A stretch of DNA of 61,631 nucleotides, the filler included. It is 5 parts of 5 records of this genome, joined end to end, with 100 filler letters (N's around TTAATTAATTAA, not from the genome) between each part and the next. Parts side by side here need not be neighbours in the genome. Positions count along the whole stretch, not along the records: positions 23,410 to 40,028 come from SRR22947727_2649; positions 40,129 to 46,960 come from SRR22947727_2665; positions 47,061 to 55,923 come from SRR22947727_2668; 2 more parts are not named here. One strand, given 5' to 3'. A model generated the notes under the pieces. The model did not search any database. It saw only the letters and a program-made list of their open reading frames with translations, and had not been told where the DNA came from. Of the stretch, positions 39,861 through 52,089 are shown piece after piece (the stretch's first letter is position 1; every line of letters begins with the position of its first letter). A program made the translations under genes and the position numbers.

Positions 39861-39925
39861 TTTATACCAACGCCCATTAATGAAAAAAATTGATTATTAA
39901 TAATCAAAGCATTAGCTATGTTCAT
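39861..39925 (-). promoter_or_regulatory. mesXD promoter with tandem MetR-like (LysR) boxes
   Basis: -10 TATAAA (39866-39861). ATGAA-N5-TTGAT (39880-39894) and ATTAG-N5-TTCAT (39911-39925) versus consensus ATGAA-N5-TTCAT, 31 bp apart. Confidence 0.6.
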
Positions 39926-39989
39926 GGCTTGGCTGAAAGGAGCCATGCCAATGGGCAGGTAAGGTGGGCAAGTGCGAGGGGTATGTACG

Positions 39990-40028
39990 GTGAGTGTTTA
40001 CGGTGGGTGTGTACGGTGGGTGTGTACG
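39990..40028. repeat. 13-bp tandem repeat running into the contig end
   Basis: gtgagtgtttacg gtgggtgtgtacg gtgggtgtgtacg, with a degenerate unit just before. Confidence 0.8.
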
Positions 40029-40128
40029 NNNNNNNNNNNNNNNNNNNNNNNNNNNNNNNNNNNNNNNNNNNNTTAATTAATTAANNNNNNNNNNNNNNNN
40101 NNNNNNNNNNNNNNNNNNNNNNNNNNNN
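40029..40128. other. Artificial contig spacer
   Basis: N44-TTAATTAATTAA-N44. Confidence 0.98.
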
Positions 40129-40351
<223 letters not shown>

Positions 40352-40365
40352 GGAGAAGATTGTAA

Positions 40366-43300
40366 ATGAAAGCTTTATTAGACTTGTTCAGAAACAACAC
40401 CCAACAAGAAGAATTTGATGCTATCAGGATTGCTCTTGCTTCCCCTGAAAAAATTAGATCATGGTCATATGGGGAAGTTAAAAAACCAGAAACCATAAAC
40501 TATCGTACTTTTAAACCTGAAAGAGACGGACTTTTTTGTGCAAAAATATTTGGTCCAGTTAAAGATTATGAATGCCTTTGTGGAAAGTACAAACGACTTA
40601 AACATAGAGGTGTGATTTGCGAAAAATGTGGTGTAGAGGTGACTTTATCAAAGGTTAGAAGAGAGCGAATGGGCGTTATTGAACTGGCAAGTCCCGTTGC
40701 TCACATTTGGTTCTTAAAGAGTTTACCAAGCAGATTGGGTATGGTCCTTGATATTCCTCTAAGAGATATTGAGCGTGTCCTTTATTTCGAAGCGTACATT
40801 GTGACTGAAAATCATATGATTACAGATCCTGAGCTTCAGGTTGGTAAAATTTTATCAGAAGATGATTATTTAAAATTTTCAGAACAACACGGTGATGAGT
40901 TCAAAGCTGTTATGGGCGCTGAAGGAATAGAAGAGCTTCTTAGATCAATAAGATTAACTGAAGAAATTGAAAAGCTTAAAGAAGAGCTTGAAAAAACTAC
41001 CTCTGATGCAAAAGTAAAAAAAATAGCCAAAAGACTTAAGGTTTTAGAAGCTTTCCAGACTTCGGGTATTAAACCTGAATGGATGATCCTTAAAGTTTTA
41101 CCTGTACTTCCACCAGAGTTAAGACCGCTTGTACCTCTTGATGGGGGTAGATTTGCTACTTCAGATCTTAATGATTTATATCGAAGAGTTATAAATAGGA
41201 ATAATAGATTAAGAAGGCTTATAGATTTAAGAGCACCAGAAATTATTGTCAAAAATGAAAAAAGAATGCTTCAAGAAGCGGTTGATTCTCTCTTAGATAA
41301 CGGCAGACGTGGCAAAATAATGACCGGAGCTAACAAAAGACCACTAAAATCTTTAGCAGATATGATTAAAGGAAAGGGCGGTCGTTTTAGACAAAACTTG
41401 CTTGGAAAAAGAGTTGATTATTCTGGAAGATCAGTCATTGTAGTCGGGCCTCAATTAAAGCTTCACCAATGTGGTCTCCCAAAAAAGATGGCTCTAGAAT
41501 TATTCAAACCATTTATCTTTAACAAACTTGAATTACAAGGCCTAGCAACAACAATTAAAAATGCAAAGAAAGTTGTTGAGGCAGAAGGACCTGAAGTATG
41601 GGATATTCTTGAAAATGTAATTCGTGAACATCCTGTACTTCTTAACAGAGCTCCTACTTTACATAGACTTGGAATTCAAGCTTTTGAACCAGTGCTTATT
41701 GAAGGAAAGGCAATTCAGCTTCACCCTTTAGTTTGTGCAGCTTTTAATGCTGACTTTGATGGCGATCAAATGGCGGTTCATGTTCCATTATCACTTGAAG
41801 CGCAAATGGAAGCGAGAACACTCATGTTGGCCTCAAATAACGTTCTTTCACCAGCGAATGGTGAGCCAATTATTGTGCCATCACAAGATATTGTTTTAGG
41901 CCTTTATTATATGACCAGAGAGAAAATTGCAGCCAAAGGTGAAGGTATGAAATTTTCAGATATTGATGAATGTAGGAAGGCATATGATCAAGGATTTTTG
42001 GATCTTCATGCAAAAATAACAGTACGTATCAATGAAAGTGAAATAAATTTTGATAACAGTAAAACGGCAAAAGTAAAAAGATATGAAACAACTTGTGGAC
42101 GAGCACTATTATCTGAAATATTGCCAGAGGGACTCTCTTTTGATTTATTAAATAAAACTCTTAATAAGAAAGAGATTTCAAGATTAATTAACGAAGGTTT
42201 TAGAAAAATTGGTATCAGAGACACAGTTATCCTTTCTGATAATCTTAAAAACAAAGGTTTTGAATTTGCTACAAAAGCTGGGATGTCAATCAGTGTTCAC
42301 GATATGTTAGTTCCTGATGAAAAGGTAAAACTTATTGCGCAAGCTGATGATGAAGTTCAGGAGATTCAGGAACAATATTCATCAGGCCTGCTTACTCAGG
42401 GTGAAAGATATAATAAAGTTGTGGATATTTGGTCTCGAACTGGAGACACAATTGCAGATGCAATGATGAGAAAAATTAAGGAAGAACCTGTTAAGGACGT
42501 TTCAGGAAAAATATTAAAAGATGAAAAAGGTAATCAAATTAACCAAGAATCCTTCAATGCAATTTATATGATGGCTGACTCAGGCGCAAGGGGCTCAGCA
42601 GCTCAAGTAAGACAGCTTGCCGGGATGAGAGGGTTAATGGCAAGACCAGACGGCTCAATCATTGAAACACCTATTAAAACAAACTTTAGAGATGGGCTGA
42701 ATGTTCTTCAATACTTTATTTCTACGCATGGTGCAAGAAAGGGCTTAGCTGATACTGCTCTAAAAACAGCTAATTCAGGATATTTGACAAGACGACTAGT
42801 TGATGTAACACAAGATTTAGTTGTTACAGAGCATGATTGTGGAACTGAAGACGGGCTCCTTACAAAAGCGCTTGTCAAGGGTGGAGAAATTGTTGAGCCA
42901 CTTAAAGATAGAATTCTAGGAAGGGCTGCAGCAGTGGATATTTTAAACCCAGAAACACAAGAAGTATTATTTGCAGCAGGGACTTTATTATCTGAAAGTG
43001 AGGTTGAGCAAATAGAAAACTTAGGTGTAGATGAGGTAAAAGTTCGAACTGCATTAACTTGTAACACTCGTTACGGAATTTGCGCACGTTGCTATGGCCG
43101 TGATTTGGGAAGGGGTTCACTGATAAACCAAGGTGAGGCTGTTGGAGTTATAGCAGCTCAGTCAATTGGCGAACCTGGAACGCAACTTACAATGAGGACC
43201 TTTCATATCGGAGGAGCAGCCTCAAGAGCTGCATCGGCAAACCAAATTGAAATAAAATCTTCAGGAACATTGAGGTTTGCTTCAACGATGCGTTATGTAA

Positions 43301-44679
43301 CCAATGCAAAATCAGAGAAGGTTATTATTTCAAGGAACAGTGAATTTATTATTGAGGATGATAATGGAAGAGAAAAAGAGAGCCATAAAGTGCCTTACGG
43401 TGCGACTCTTTTAGGATCTGATGGAGATAAAGTTGAAGCTGGAAGTGTAATGGCTCAATGGGACCCTCACACAAGGCCAATCATATCTGAATATGCTGGT
43501 AAGGTTAAATTTGAGAATGTCGAGGAAGGCGTTACAGTTCAGAAGAAAATAGATGATGTTACGGGACTCTCAACCTTAGAAGTTATAGACGCTAAACAAA
43601 AAGTTGGTTCATCAAAAGGCACGAGACCTCAAATAAGATTAGTGAATGAAAAAAATGAAGAAGTTAAACTTATTAACTCAGATAGCCCAGTAAATGTTAC
43701 CTTCCAAAAAGGTTACATTATTACTGTTAATGATAATCAAGACGTAGCAGTGGGTGATGTTTTAGCGAGAATACCTCAAGAGGCTTCTAAAACAAGAGAT
43801 ATCACAGGTGGTCTCCCAAGGGTAGCTGAATTATTTGAAGCTCGATCACCCAAAGATGCAGGTCTTCTAGCTGAAATGACGGGCACAGTTTCCTTTGGTA
43901 AGGACACAAAAGGAAAACAAAGATTAATTATTACATCAGAAGATGGGACGACTAATGAAAGTTTAATTCCTAAGGATAAGCTTATCACTGCACATGATGG
44001 ACAAATTGTGAATAAAGGTGAAATAATTGTCGACGGTCCAGCTGATCCTGTAGACATTTTAAAGCTTAGAGGCCCTGAAGCTCTTGCCAGATATATCATT
44101 GATGAAGTCCAAGAGGTTTATAAACTTCAAGGGGTTTTAATTAATGATAAACATATTGAAGTCATCGTAAGACAAATGTTAAGAAGGGTAAAAATTACTA
44201 AAAAAGGTGATACGCATTTTATACCTGGAGAAGAAGTTGAAAGAGCAGAACTACTAAATGCAAACGAACAGGTAGTTGCTGAGAAGAAAAAACCAGCAGA
44301 GTTTGAGTATGTGTTAAAAGGGATTACAAAAGCTTCTTTGGCAACAGATTCATTTATATCAGCAGCTTCATTCCAAGAAACTACGAGAGTTATAACCGAA
44401 GCGGCTATCCTTGGTAAGCGCGATGAACTGAGAGGTTTAAAAGAAAATGTCATTGTTGGTAGGTTAATTCCAGCTGGTTCAGGTATGGCCCATCATTTAA
44501 ATAGAAAAGCAAAACTTGAAGCAAGTAAGAATGTTTCAAATGAAACAGATGAAAAATCAGCAGCTCTTGTAGAGGCTGAGGCTGCTTTCGAAACAGATGA
44601 TGTTGAGAAAGTTGATGAAACCAAAGCAAAAATGAAAGAGGAAGAGAATGTCGAAGAAAAGTTAGATGATGTTAAGTAA
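40366..44679 (+). CDS. rpoC: RNA polymerase beta' subunit
   Basis: Zinc finger CLCGKYK...[18 protein letters not shown] and [13 protein letters not shown]. Confidence 0.99.
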   Translation: MKALLDLFRNNTQQEEFDAIRIALASPEKIRSWSYGEVKKPETINYRTFKPERDGLFCAKIFGPVKDYECLCGKYKRLKHRGVICEKCGVEVTLSKVRRERMGVIELASPVAHIWFLKSLPSRLGMVLDIPLRDIERVLYFEAYIVTENHMITDPELQVGKILSEDDYLKFSEQHGDEFKAVMGAEGIEELLRSIRLTEEIEKLKEELEKTTSDAKVKKIAKRLKVLEAFQTSGIKPEWMILKVLPVLPPELRPLVPLDGGRFATSDLNDLYRRVINRNNRLRRLIDLRAPEIIVKNEKRMLQEAVDSLLDNGRRGKIMTGANKRPLKSLADMIKGKGGRFRQNLLGKRVDYSGRSVIVVGPQLKLHQCGLPKKMALELFKPFIFNKLELQGLATTIKNAKKVVEAEGPEVWDILENVIREHPVLLNRAPTLHRLGIQAFEPVLIEGKAIQLHPLVCAAFNADFDGDQMAVHVPLSLEAQMEARTLMLASNNVLSPANGEPIIVPSQDIVLGLYYMTREKIAAKGEGMKFSDIDECRKAYDQGFLDLHAKITVRINESEINFDNSKTAKVKRYETTCGRALLSEILPEGLSFDLLNKTLNKKEISRLINEGFRKIGIRDTVILSDNLKNKGFEFATKAGMSISVHDMLVPDEKVKLIAQADDEVQEIQEQYSSGLLTQGERYNKVVDIWSRTGDTIADAMMRKIKEEPVKDVSGKILKDEKGNQINQESFNAIYMMADSGARGSAAQVRQLAGMRGLMARPDGSIIETPIKTNFRDGLNVLQYFISTHGARKGLADTALKTANSGYLTRRLVDVTQDLVVTEHDCGTEDGLLTKALVKGGEIVEPLKDRILGRAAAVDILNPETQEVLFAAGTLLSESEVEQIENLGVDEVKVRTALTCNTRYGICARCYGRDLGRGSLINQGEAVGVIAAQSIGEPGTQLTMRTFHIGGAASRAASANQIEIKSSGTLRFASTMRYVTNAKSEKVIISRNSEFIIEDDNGREKESHKVPYGATLLGSDGDKVEAGSVMAQWDPHTRPIISEYAGKVKFENVEEGVTVQKKIDDVTGLSTLEVIDAKQKVGSSKGTRPQIRLVNEKNEEVKLINSDSPVNVTFQKGYIITVNDNQDVAVGDVLARIPQEASKTRDITGGLPRVAELFEARSPKDAGLLAEMTGTVSFGKDTKGKQRLIITSEDGTTNESLIPKDKLITAHDGQIVNKGEIIVDGPADPVDILKLRGPEALARYIIDEVQEVYKLQGVLINDKHIEVIVRQMLRRVKITKKGDTHFIPGEEVERAELLNANEQVVAEKKKPAEFEYVLKGITKASLATDSFISAASFQETTRVITEAAILGKRDELRGLKENVIVGRLIPAGSGMAHHLNRKAKLEASKNVSNETDEKSAALVEAEAAFETDDVEKVDETKAKMKEEENVEEKLDDVK

Positions 44680-44693
44680 TTTATTAATTTAAA

Positions 44694-44722
44694 TTGACAT
44701 TATGACCGAAGCAAAATACAAT
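44694..44722 (+). promoter_or_regulatory. Sigma70 promoter of the str operon
   Basis: TTGACA (44694-44699), 17 nt, TACAAT (44717-44722), upstream of rpsL. Confidence 0.8.
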
Positions 44723-44780
44723 TCTCGTCTTTTTGAAGATTATTAAAAATAATAAGATATTAAAATATTAAGGAAACTAG

Positions 44781-45158
44781 ATGCCCACAATTAATCAGTT
44801 AATTCGTAAACCTCGAAAGAGAGTTATTGAAAAAAGTAAAGTACCTGCATTAAATGCTTCTCCTCAAAAAAGAGGCGTTTGTACTAGGGTTTACACAACA
44901 ACTCCAAAAAAGCCAAACTCTGCCTTGAGAAAGGTTGCAAAAGTAAAACTTACAACTGGATATGAGGTAATTAGCTATATTGGTGGTGAAGGACATAATT
45001 TACAAGAGCATTCAGTTGTATTGCTCAGAGGTGGAAGGGTTAAAGATTTACCTGGTGTTCGTTATCACATGGTCCGAGGAAGTTTAGATACTGCAGGTGT
45101 TAACGATAGAAAACAAGCTCGATCTAAGTATGGAGCTAAGCGTCCTAAAGCAACTTAA
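44781..45158 (+). CDS. rpsL: 30S ribosomal protein S12
   Basis: [23 protein letters not shown] and [12 protein letters not shown]. Confidence 0.99.
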   Translation: MPTINQLIRKPRKRVIEKSKVPALNASPQKRGVCTRVYTTTPKKPNSALRKVAKVKLTTGYEVISYIGGEGHNLQEHSVVLLRGGRVKDLPGVRYHMVRGSLDTAGVNDRKQARSKYGAKRPKAT

Positions 45159-45178
45159 ATAAAAGAGATTAAAAAACT

Positions 45179-45649
45179 ATGCCTAGAAGAAGAGAAGTCC
45201 CTAAAAGAATAATACTTGATGACCCGAAGTTTTCGAGTCAAGAAGTTTCTAAGTTTGTAAACGTTATTATGAGCAGCGGAAAGAAATCTGTTGCAGAAAG
45301 AATAATATATGGTGCTTTTGATCAAATAAAATCTAAGAGCGGCAAAGATCCACTAGAAACTTTTTCGTTGGCATTAGAAAATATTCGACCTGTTGTAGAA
45401 GTCAAAAGCAGGAGAGTGGGTGGAGCTAACTATCAAGTTCCAGTAGAGGTAAGACCATCTAGAAGATCAGCTTTAGCGATGAGATGGCTTCGTGATGCAG
45501 CTCGAAATAGAGGTGAGAAATCAATGGGATTACGTCTCGCTGCTGAAATTTTAGAAGCTTCAGAAAACAAAGGTGCTGCAATGAAAAAAAGAGATGAAGT
45601 TCATCGAATGGCTGAAGCGAATAAAGCATTCTCACATTTCAGATTTTAG
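45179..45649 (+). CDS. rpsG: 30S ribosomal protein S7
   Basis: [19 protein letters not shown] and [15 protein letters not shown]. Confidence 0.99.
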   Translation: MPRRREVPKRIILDDPKFSSQEVSKFVNVIMSSGKKSVAERIIYGAFDQIKSKSGKDPLETFSLALENIRPVVEVKSRRVGGANYQVPVEVRPSRRSALAMRWLRDAARNRGEKSMGLRLAAEILEASENKGAAMKKRDEVHRMAEANKAFSHFRF

Positions 45650-45684
45650 ATTTTTAAATTAATTAGATAAGGCAATAGATAAAA

Positions 45685-46960
45685 GTGGCTCGTAAAACTC
45701 AAATAAATCGTTACAGAAATATAGGCATTAGTGCACACATTGATGCGGGGAAAACAACGACAACCGAAAGAATTTTGCTATATACAGGTGTGAACCATAA
45801 GATTGGTGAGGTTCATGATGGCGCAGCTACCATGGATTGGATGGAGCAAGAACAAGAAAGAGGTATAACAATTACTTCAGCTGCAACAACCTGCTTCTGG
45901 AGCGGAATGGCTAATCAGTTCGATGAGCATAGAATAAATATTATTGATACACCCGGGCACGTTGATTTCACTATTGAGGTTGAAAGATCAATGCGAGTTT
46001 TAGATGGCGCATGCATGGTTTACTGCGCAGTAGGCGGAGTTCAACCTCAGTCCGAAACTGTTTGGAGACAAGCAAATAAGTATCAAGTCCCAAGAATGGC
46101 TTTTGTAAATAAAATGGATAGAGCAGGCGCAGACTTCTTTAAATGCTACGATCAAATGAAATCTCGACTTAAAGCCAATCCAATTCCTATTCAAGTCCCA
46201 ATTGGAGCAGCAGAAACCTTTAAAGGTGTAGTCGATTTAGTAAAATTGAAGGCTGTTCTTTGGGAAGAAGAAAACTTTGGCATAAAGTTCGAGTATGGAG
46301 ATATTCCAGATGACCTCAAAGATGTATGCCAAAAGTGGCATGACAATATGGTCGAAACTGCAGCAGAAGCAAATGAAGAATTAATGAACAAGTATTTAGA
46401 GACTGGTGAATTATCAGAAGAAGAAATTAAACAGGGTCTCAGAATTAGAACGATTTCTAATGAGATAGTACCAATGCTGTGTGGGTCAGCATTCAAAAAC
46501 AAAGGCGTCCAAGCTATGTTAGATGCAGTCATTGAATTAATGCCTGCTCCTTTAGATGTCCCGCCGATACCAGGTGTTGATGAGTCTGATAAACCAGTTG
46601 TAAGGCGCGCTAAAGATGACGAACCTTTTTCAGCGCTAGCGTTTAAAATTATGACGGATCCATTTGTTGGCCAACTAATATTCTTCAGGGCTTACTCGGG
46701 TGTAGTTAGGGCTGGTGATACGATTTACAATCCGGTTAAAGGAAAGAAAGAGAGAATTGGGCGTATTTTGCAGATGCATGCAAACAATCGTGAAGAAATT
46801 AAAGAAATATATGCTGGCGATATTGCAGCAGCAGTTGGATTAAAAGACGTGACAACTGGGGATACATTGTGTGAAGAAAAAAATGCAGTGATTTTAGAGC
46901 GTATGGTTTTTCCAGAACCTGTAATTCATGTTGCTGTTGAACCAAAAACAAAAGCTGACC
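45685..46960 (+). CDS. fusA: Elongation factor G, 5' part (truncated by contig end)
   Basis: [22 protein letters not shown] and NKMD. Confidence 0.98.
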
Positions 46961-47060
46961 NNNNNNNNNNNNNNNNNNNNNNNNNNNNNNNNNNNNNNNN
47001 NNNNTTAATTAATTAANNNNNNNNNNNNNNNNNNNNNNNNNNNNNNNNNNNNNNNNNNNN
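46961..47060. other. Artificial contig spacer
   Basis: N44-TTAATTAATTAA-N44. Confidence 0.98.
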
Positions 47061-48387
47061 CTTGAATTAAATCTAAAAACTGAAGACCTCTATTGGTATA
47101 TTTTTTTGCTATTGAAATAACTAATCTCAAGTTTGCTTCAATCATCTCTCGCTTTGCAACTTTCGCCTTAAACTCACCTTTCGTCATCTGTTTATTTATT
47201 TCTTTAAAGTTCTTTATTGGCAAGCCAGTTTCTTCTTCAATATCTATTAATTTATTTTGCTGATCAATAATTGAATGTCTTAGCTCTTTCATCCTCTTGA
47301 CATATGGCTTGTCTGCTTTTAACTCCGACTTTAGCCATTTGAGGTTAGTTGAATTTCCAACAAAGCTTTTAATAAAATGTCCTTTTGGCATTTTTGATTC
47401 AAAAACACATAACTCCATAATTTCTTTTTCATATGCTCTTATGTTGTTGATAAAGATTCTTATTTTGTCACAAAGAACTTCAACAAATTTAGATGAAAAT
47501 CTAAAATTTACCAGTACTTTAACTATAGAATCTTGATGCTTTTTATATTCAGGATCATCCATCCATTTTTTTTGTTTTCTTAATGCTTCTAGTTTGTTGT
47601 GAGACCTTTTAATGGAGCTGAAACGTTTTAAAACTTCCTTAGTGAAAATTTTAAGATCTTCTTCTGACATTCCACTTGCTTTACCTGTATCGTCTTGATC
47701 TTCCTCTTCTTCAGACTCCTCATCAGCTGCAGTTTCTAGTGCAGCTTCTACTTTTGCTAATTCTTTCTCTGCTTCAACATCAATCAATCCATCAACAAAC
47801 TCGTCAACACCAAGTTCGTTTTTTCGAACCTTGTCAGCCATTTTCATTAAATCAATAATAATGCCTGGAGATGCAGAAATTGCTTGAACCATCAGTCGAA
47901 GGCCCTCTTCAATTCTTTTTGCAATTTCAATCTCGCCATCACGTGTCAACAAATCAACTGTTCCCATCTCTCTCATATACATTCGGACAGGATCTGTTGT
48001 TCTTCCAAAATCAGAATCTACAGTAGTAAGTGCTTGCTCAGCTTCTTCAGCAGCCTCCTCATCTGTTACTGGTGCTGGAGCATCTGACATTAATAAAGCT
48101 TCAGCATCCGGAGCTTCGTCATAAACCATGATTCCCATATCATTGATGATGCCAATAATTCCTTCAATCTGTTCACTTTCAGATACTTCATCCGGTAGGT
48201 GGTCATTAATTTCAGAATGTGTGAGATAGCCTCTCTCTTTTCCTAATATGATTAATGCTTTTAGCTGCTGTCTTCGATTCTCTGCTTCTTGCGGGGTGGT
48301 TTGTCCTGTTAGGATATCTTTTAGTTTTTTAACTCGGGTAACACTTTTTGTTTTTTTATCAGCGGGGTTCTTTCTAGGTCTTGCCAT
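47061..48387 (-). CDS. rpoD: Primary sigma factor RpoD, 5' part (truncated)
   Basis: [32 protein letters not shown] and [26 protein letters not shown]. Confidence 0.98.
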
Positions 48388-48514
48388 GGCTACCTCTAAG
48401 TTTTTTAGGAATGATTATACAAATAAATTTGAGTGATGGATTTTATCAAAATATGTCATTTAAATCAATTAATGATTCCATTAAATATTTTAAAAATATA
48501 TAAAAATTAGACAC

Positions 48515-50236
48515 TTATCGCTTAGTTATAGTTTTTAAAAATTCTTTTTCCTCAGAGCTTAAAGTATCAAAACTTTTGTTTTTGATAGCATCTAATTTTG
48601 ACTTATTTAAAACCTTAGACTTATTTTTTTTAATTCTATTTCTTAAGATATTTACTTCTTCATTGACATTAATTTTTTCATCAAAGTTCAAAACTTGTGA
48701 TTTAATTTCATCAACAAAATCACTATCAAACTGGTTATTTAAGAAATGAAAAATCGATGCAGTATTGTGGTTTTGATCCGTTAAAACTTTAGTAATGCAA
48801 GCTCGGGCAAGTTGTTCATCCAGTGAGTCCCCCCAAGCAATATCTTTATCATTTTCTTCAACTAATGAAGGGTCTGAAATCAATAACGAAATAAACCGTC
48901 TAACCACTGAAGTTGCCTCTCTTGGAATATTATTAGATGAAGGCTTTGTGTTTTCTTTACTTTTTACATTTATAACTTTATCAAGCTCATCTATTGTCAA
49001 ATTTAGCAATTCCGATATTCTTTTTTTTAATAAAAAAGTTAACTTTAATGAGGCGATATTATTAAGTATTGGCTCAACTGAATTTAAAAATTTCACGCGA
49101 TCCTCTTGGCTAGTTAAATCATTTTTTTTTGTCAAATAATGAACAACATATTCTGAAAGAGGTGTTGCGTCTTTTGCTAATTTTTCAAATTTTTCCTTTG
49201 AGTTTTCCCTTACATAAGAGTCTGGGTCATGTTGTTCACTCAGAAATAAAAATTTTAATTGCACTTCATCAGTTACGGATGCTAATGAATTTTGCATTGC
49301 TCGCCAAGCTGCAGACTTACCCGCTTCATCTCCATCAAAACAAAAAATTATTTCTGAGGTATATCTGATTAATTTTTGGATATGAAAACTGGTAGTTGCA
49401 GTTCCCAATGTTGCTACAGCATTACTGATTCCATGTTGCGCTAAACTTACTACATCCATATAGCCTTCAACAACAAGAACGTATCCCTTATCTCTTATGG
49501 ATTTTCTTGCAGCTAGTAGGCCATAAAGCTCATAACTTTTTTGAAACAAAGAGGTTTCAGGTGAATTGTAATATTTTGGAGAATCTTTTTCATCAATTAT
49601 CCGACCACCAAATCCAACTAGTTGGCCTTTGGCATTATATATTGGAAACATAATTCTGTTTCTAAAGCGATCGTACCTCTTTCCCTTTTCATTCTTATTA
49701 ATTAATCCTGATTTAATTAATACATCATTGTCATAATCCTTGAAAACTTCATTTAAATTATTCCAGCCTCCAGGGGCGAATCCAATAGAAAATTGTTTTG
49801 CTATTTCTCCTGTTAATCCTCTGGATTTAAGATATTTGATTGCTTCAGGCGAAGCTTTAAGTCTTGCTTGATAATATTTTTTGGCTAATATCAATGAGTC
49901 CTCTAAAACAATATTTTCTTTCTTTTTTTCTGGTTTTTCATCTACTTGGTTAGGGACTTTTAAGCCAACAACTTTTGCTAGTTCATGAATTGCATCAATA
50001 AAATTAAGGCCATCATGATCAATCAAAAAACTTATAGCTGAGCCGTGGGCGCCACAACCAAAACAATGATAAAACTGTTTTGATGGACTAACAGAAAAGG
50101 ATGGAGTTTTTTCTTGGTGGAAGGGACAACAAGCAACAAAATTTGCTCCTGTTTTTTTTAATGGAACTCTCTTATCAATAATATCGACTACATCGATTCT
50201 GTTTAATAATTCATTGATAAAGGATTCTGGAATCAT
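48515..50236 (-). CDS. dnaG: DNA primase
   Basis: CPFHQEKTPSF...CFGC zinc finger, KYYNSPET, VEGYMDV and FDGDEAG. Confidence 0.97.
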   Translation of the reverse strand: MIPESFINELLNRIDVVDIIDKRVPLKKTGANFVACCPFHQEKTPSFSVSPSKQFYHCFGCGAHGSAISFLIDHDGLNFIDAIHELAKVVGLKVPNQVDEKPEKKKENIVLEDSLILAKKYYQARLKASPEAIKYLKSRGLTGEIAKQFSIGFAPGGWNNLNEVFKDYDNDVLIKSGLINKNEKGKRYDRFRNRIMFPIYNAKGQLVGFGGRIIDEKDSPKYYNSPETSLFQKSYELYGLLAARKSIRDKGYVLVVEGYMDVVSLAQHGISNAVATLGTATTSFHIQKLIRYTSEIIFCFDGDEAGKSAAWRAMQNSLASVTDEVQLKFLFLSEQHDPDSYVRENSKEKFEKLAKDATPLSEYVVHYLTKKNDLTSQEDRVKFLNSVEPILNNIASLKLTFLLKKRISELLNLTIDELDKVINVKSKENTKPSSNNIPREATSVVRRFISLLISDPSLVEENDKDIAWGDSLDEQLARACITKVLTDQNHNTASIFHFLNNQFDSDFVDEIKSQVLNFDEKINVNEEVNILRNRIKKNKSKVLNKSKLDAIKNKSFDTLSSEEKEFLKTITKR

Positions 50237-50274
50237 TATAGAATATTATCGTAATAATGATGAAATGCAGATAG

Positions 50275-50724
50275 TTAAGTACTAGATAATTTCTCTTTAA
50301 TTTTTTGAGATACTTCTGCCATATTAGCCCTACCTGACAGTTTTGTTTTTACTAGATTCATAACTGAACCCATATCTTTCATACTTTTTGCATCTGAACC
50401 TTTGATTGCCTCATCAATTTCCTTTTCAACTTCCTCAAAAGATAGCGGCTCTGGCATGTAAGTTTTTAAGATTTTTACTTCAAATTCTTCTTTTAAAACT
50501 AGATCATTTCTATTTGCTTTTTTAAAAGCCTCAATTGAATCTCCTCTTTGTTTAAGCATTTTTTCAATGATGTTCAGTATGGATTTATCATCAATCTCAA
50601 TACGATCATCAACTTCTTTTTGCTTAATCGAAGACTGGAGTAGTCTTATTGCATTTAATTTTTCAGAATCCTTATTACGCATAGCATTTTGCATATCCGC
50701 AGTAATTTTTTCTTTTAAAGACAT
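50275..50724 (-). CDS. GatB/YqeY domain protein
   Basis: MSLKEKITADMQNAMR, KQRGDSIEAF and KDMGSVM; located between rpsU and dnaG. Confidence 0.92.
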   Translation of the reverse strand: MSLKEKITADMQNAMRNKDSEKLNAIRLLQSSIKQKEVDDRIEIDDKSILNIIEKMLKQRGDSIEAFKKANRNDLVLKEEFEVKILKTYMPEPLSFEEVEKEIDEAIKGSDAKSMKDMGSVMNLVKTKLSGRANMAEVSQKIKEKLSST

Positions 50725-50736
50725 GAAGTAACTAAA

Positions 50737-50949
50737 TTAGAATAATTTAGGGGGTAGCATTTGATTTCTAAGTCTACGATACTGTCTTTTAACAGCTGCA
50801 GCAGATTTACGCTTTCTCACCCATGTAGGCTTCTCGTAAAATTCTCGTGCTCTCAAATCGTTCAATAGACCTGTTTTTTCAATTAGTCTTTTGAATCTTC
50901 TTAAAGCAACATCAAATGGCTCATTTTCTTTTACTTTTATTATTGACAT
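50737..50949 (-). CDS. rpsU: 30S ribosomal protein S21
   Basis: [22 protein letters not shown] and betaproteobacterial-type LPPKLF end. Confidence 0.96.
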   Translation of the reverse strand: MSIIKVKENEPFDVALRRFKRLIEKTGLLNDLRAREFYEKPTWVRKRKSAAAVKRQYRRLRNQMLPPKLF

Positions 50950-51083
50950 TAATTATCTCTTAAATATAAAGTTGTAATTGATCAGAATTGAAGGTTTTAA
51001 ACCTTTATAAATCTGAAAGGCGTTAGTTTAATGGTAATATGCATTTTTTTCAACAACTATAACCAAAAAGTGATAACACAATC

Positions 51084-52088
51084 ATGCTGATCTTAGGTAT
51101 TGAAACATCATGTGATGAAACGGGCGTAGCAATTTATAACTCTGAAAAAGGGTTATTAGGTCACAAGCTTTATTCACAAGTTAAACTTCATGCTGCCTAT
51201 GGTGGTGTGGTTCCTGAATTAGCCTCAAGAGATCACATAAATTATATTATGCCTTTAATTGATAGTTTACTGAAAGACTGCAATTTAGATATTAAAGATA
51301 TAGAGGCAATAGCATATACTTCTGGCCCAGGTTTATCGGGTGCTTTATTAGTTGGCAGCAGTGTAGCAGAATCTCTTGCTTGTGCCCTAGGAATAAAATC
51401 CATTCCTATCCATCACCTTGAAGGACATTTATTAGCACCTATGTTAGAAAGTAAAAAACCTCAATTTCCTTTCATAGCCTTACTTGTCTCAGGGGGTCAC
51501 TCACAAATAATCCATGTTAAAGAAATTGGTCAATATATGATTATAGGAGATACCCTTGACGATGCTGCTGGTGAAGCATTTGATAAAACAGCCCAGCTTT
51601 TAGGTTTAGGATATCCTGGAGGTTCAGCGCTATCAAAATTAGCTGAACAAGGAGTAAAACATTTCGATCTACCTAAGCCCCTCCTGCATTCTAATGGATT
51701 GGATTTTAGTTTTAGTGGGCTAAAGACAGCTGTACTTTATTTAGTAAAAAAACAAAGTAACCTTACAAAAAAAATTAAAGCTGATATCGCTTATGCATTT
51801 GAAGAATCAATCACAGATGTTTTAGTAAAAAAAACGATTCAAGCTCTTAAGCAAGAGGGATTAAACAGAATAATAATTTCAGGTGGGGTTGGGGCAAATA
51901 AAACTCTTAGAAAAAAAATTATTTCCGAATGTAAAAAGAATAATTTTGAATATTTTTTTCCTGATTTAAAGTTTTGTACAGATAATGGAGCAATGATTGC
52001 TCTAGCAGGAGCGCTTAGGGTAAATCTACCAAATAAAAATAATTATTCTTTTTCAGTTAAGCCAAGATGGAAGCTTAGTGAGATTTAA
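51084..52088 (+). CDS. tsaD: tRNA N6-threonylcarbamoyltransferase
   Basis: GIETSCDETG, GGVVPELASRDH, HHLEGH, SGGH and CTDNGAMIA. Confidence 0.97.
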   Translation: MLILGIETSCDETGVAIYNSEKGLLGHKLYSQVKLHAAYGGVVPELASRDHINYIMPLIDSLLKDCNLDIKDIEAIAYTSGPGLSGALLVGSSVAESLACALGIKSIPIHHLEGHLLAPMLESKKPQFPFIALLVSGGHSQIIHVKEIGQYMIIGDTLDDAAGEAFDKTAQLLGLGYPGGSALSKLAEQGVKHFDLPKPLLHSNGLDFSFSGLKTAVLYLVKKQSNLTKKIKADIAYAFEESITDVLVKKTIQALKQEGLNRIIISGGVGANKTLRKKIISECKKNNFEYFFPDLKFCTDNGAMIALAGALRVNLPNKNNYSFSVKPRWKLSEI

Positions 52089-52089
52089 C

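Noticed and set aside
39722-39907. Known SAM/SAH/cobalamin riboswitch, or a Fur box
   Set aside because: Diagnostic motifs were not recognisable by eye, and the palindrome lacks Fur 7-1-7 geometry; an Rfam search is needed.
39976-40028. CRISPR array
   Set aside because: 13-bp head-to-tail units without spacers; no cas genes in the window.
44781-45158. Streptomycin-resistance allele of rpsL
   Set aside because: PKKPNS and RVKDLP motifs have the wild-type lysines.
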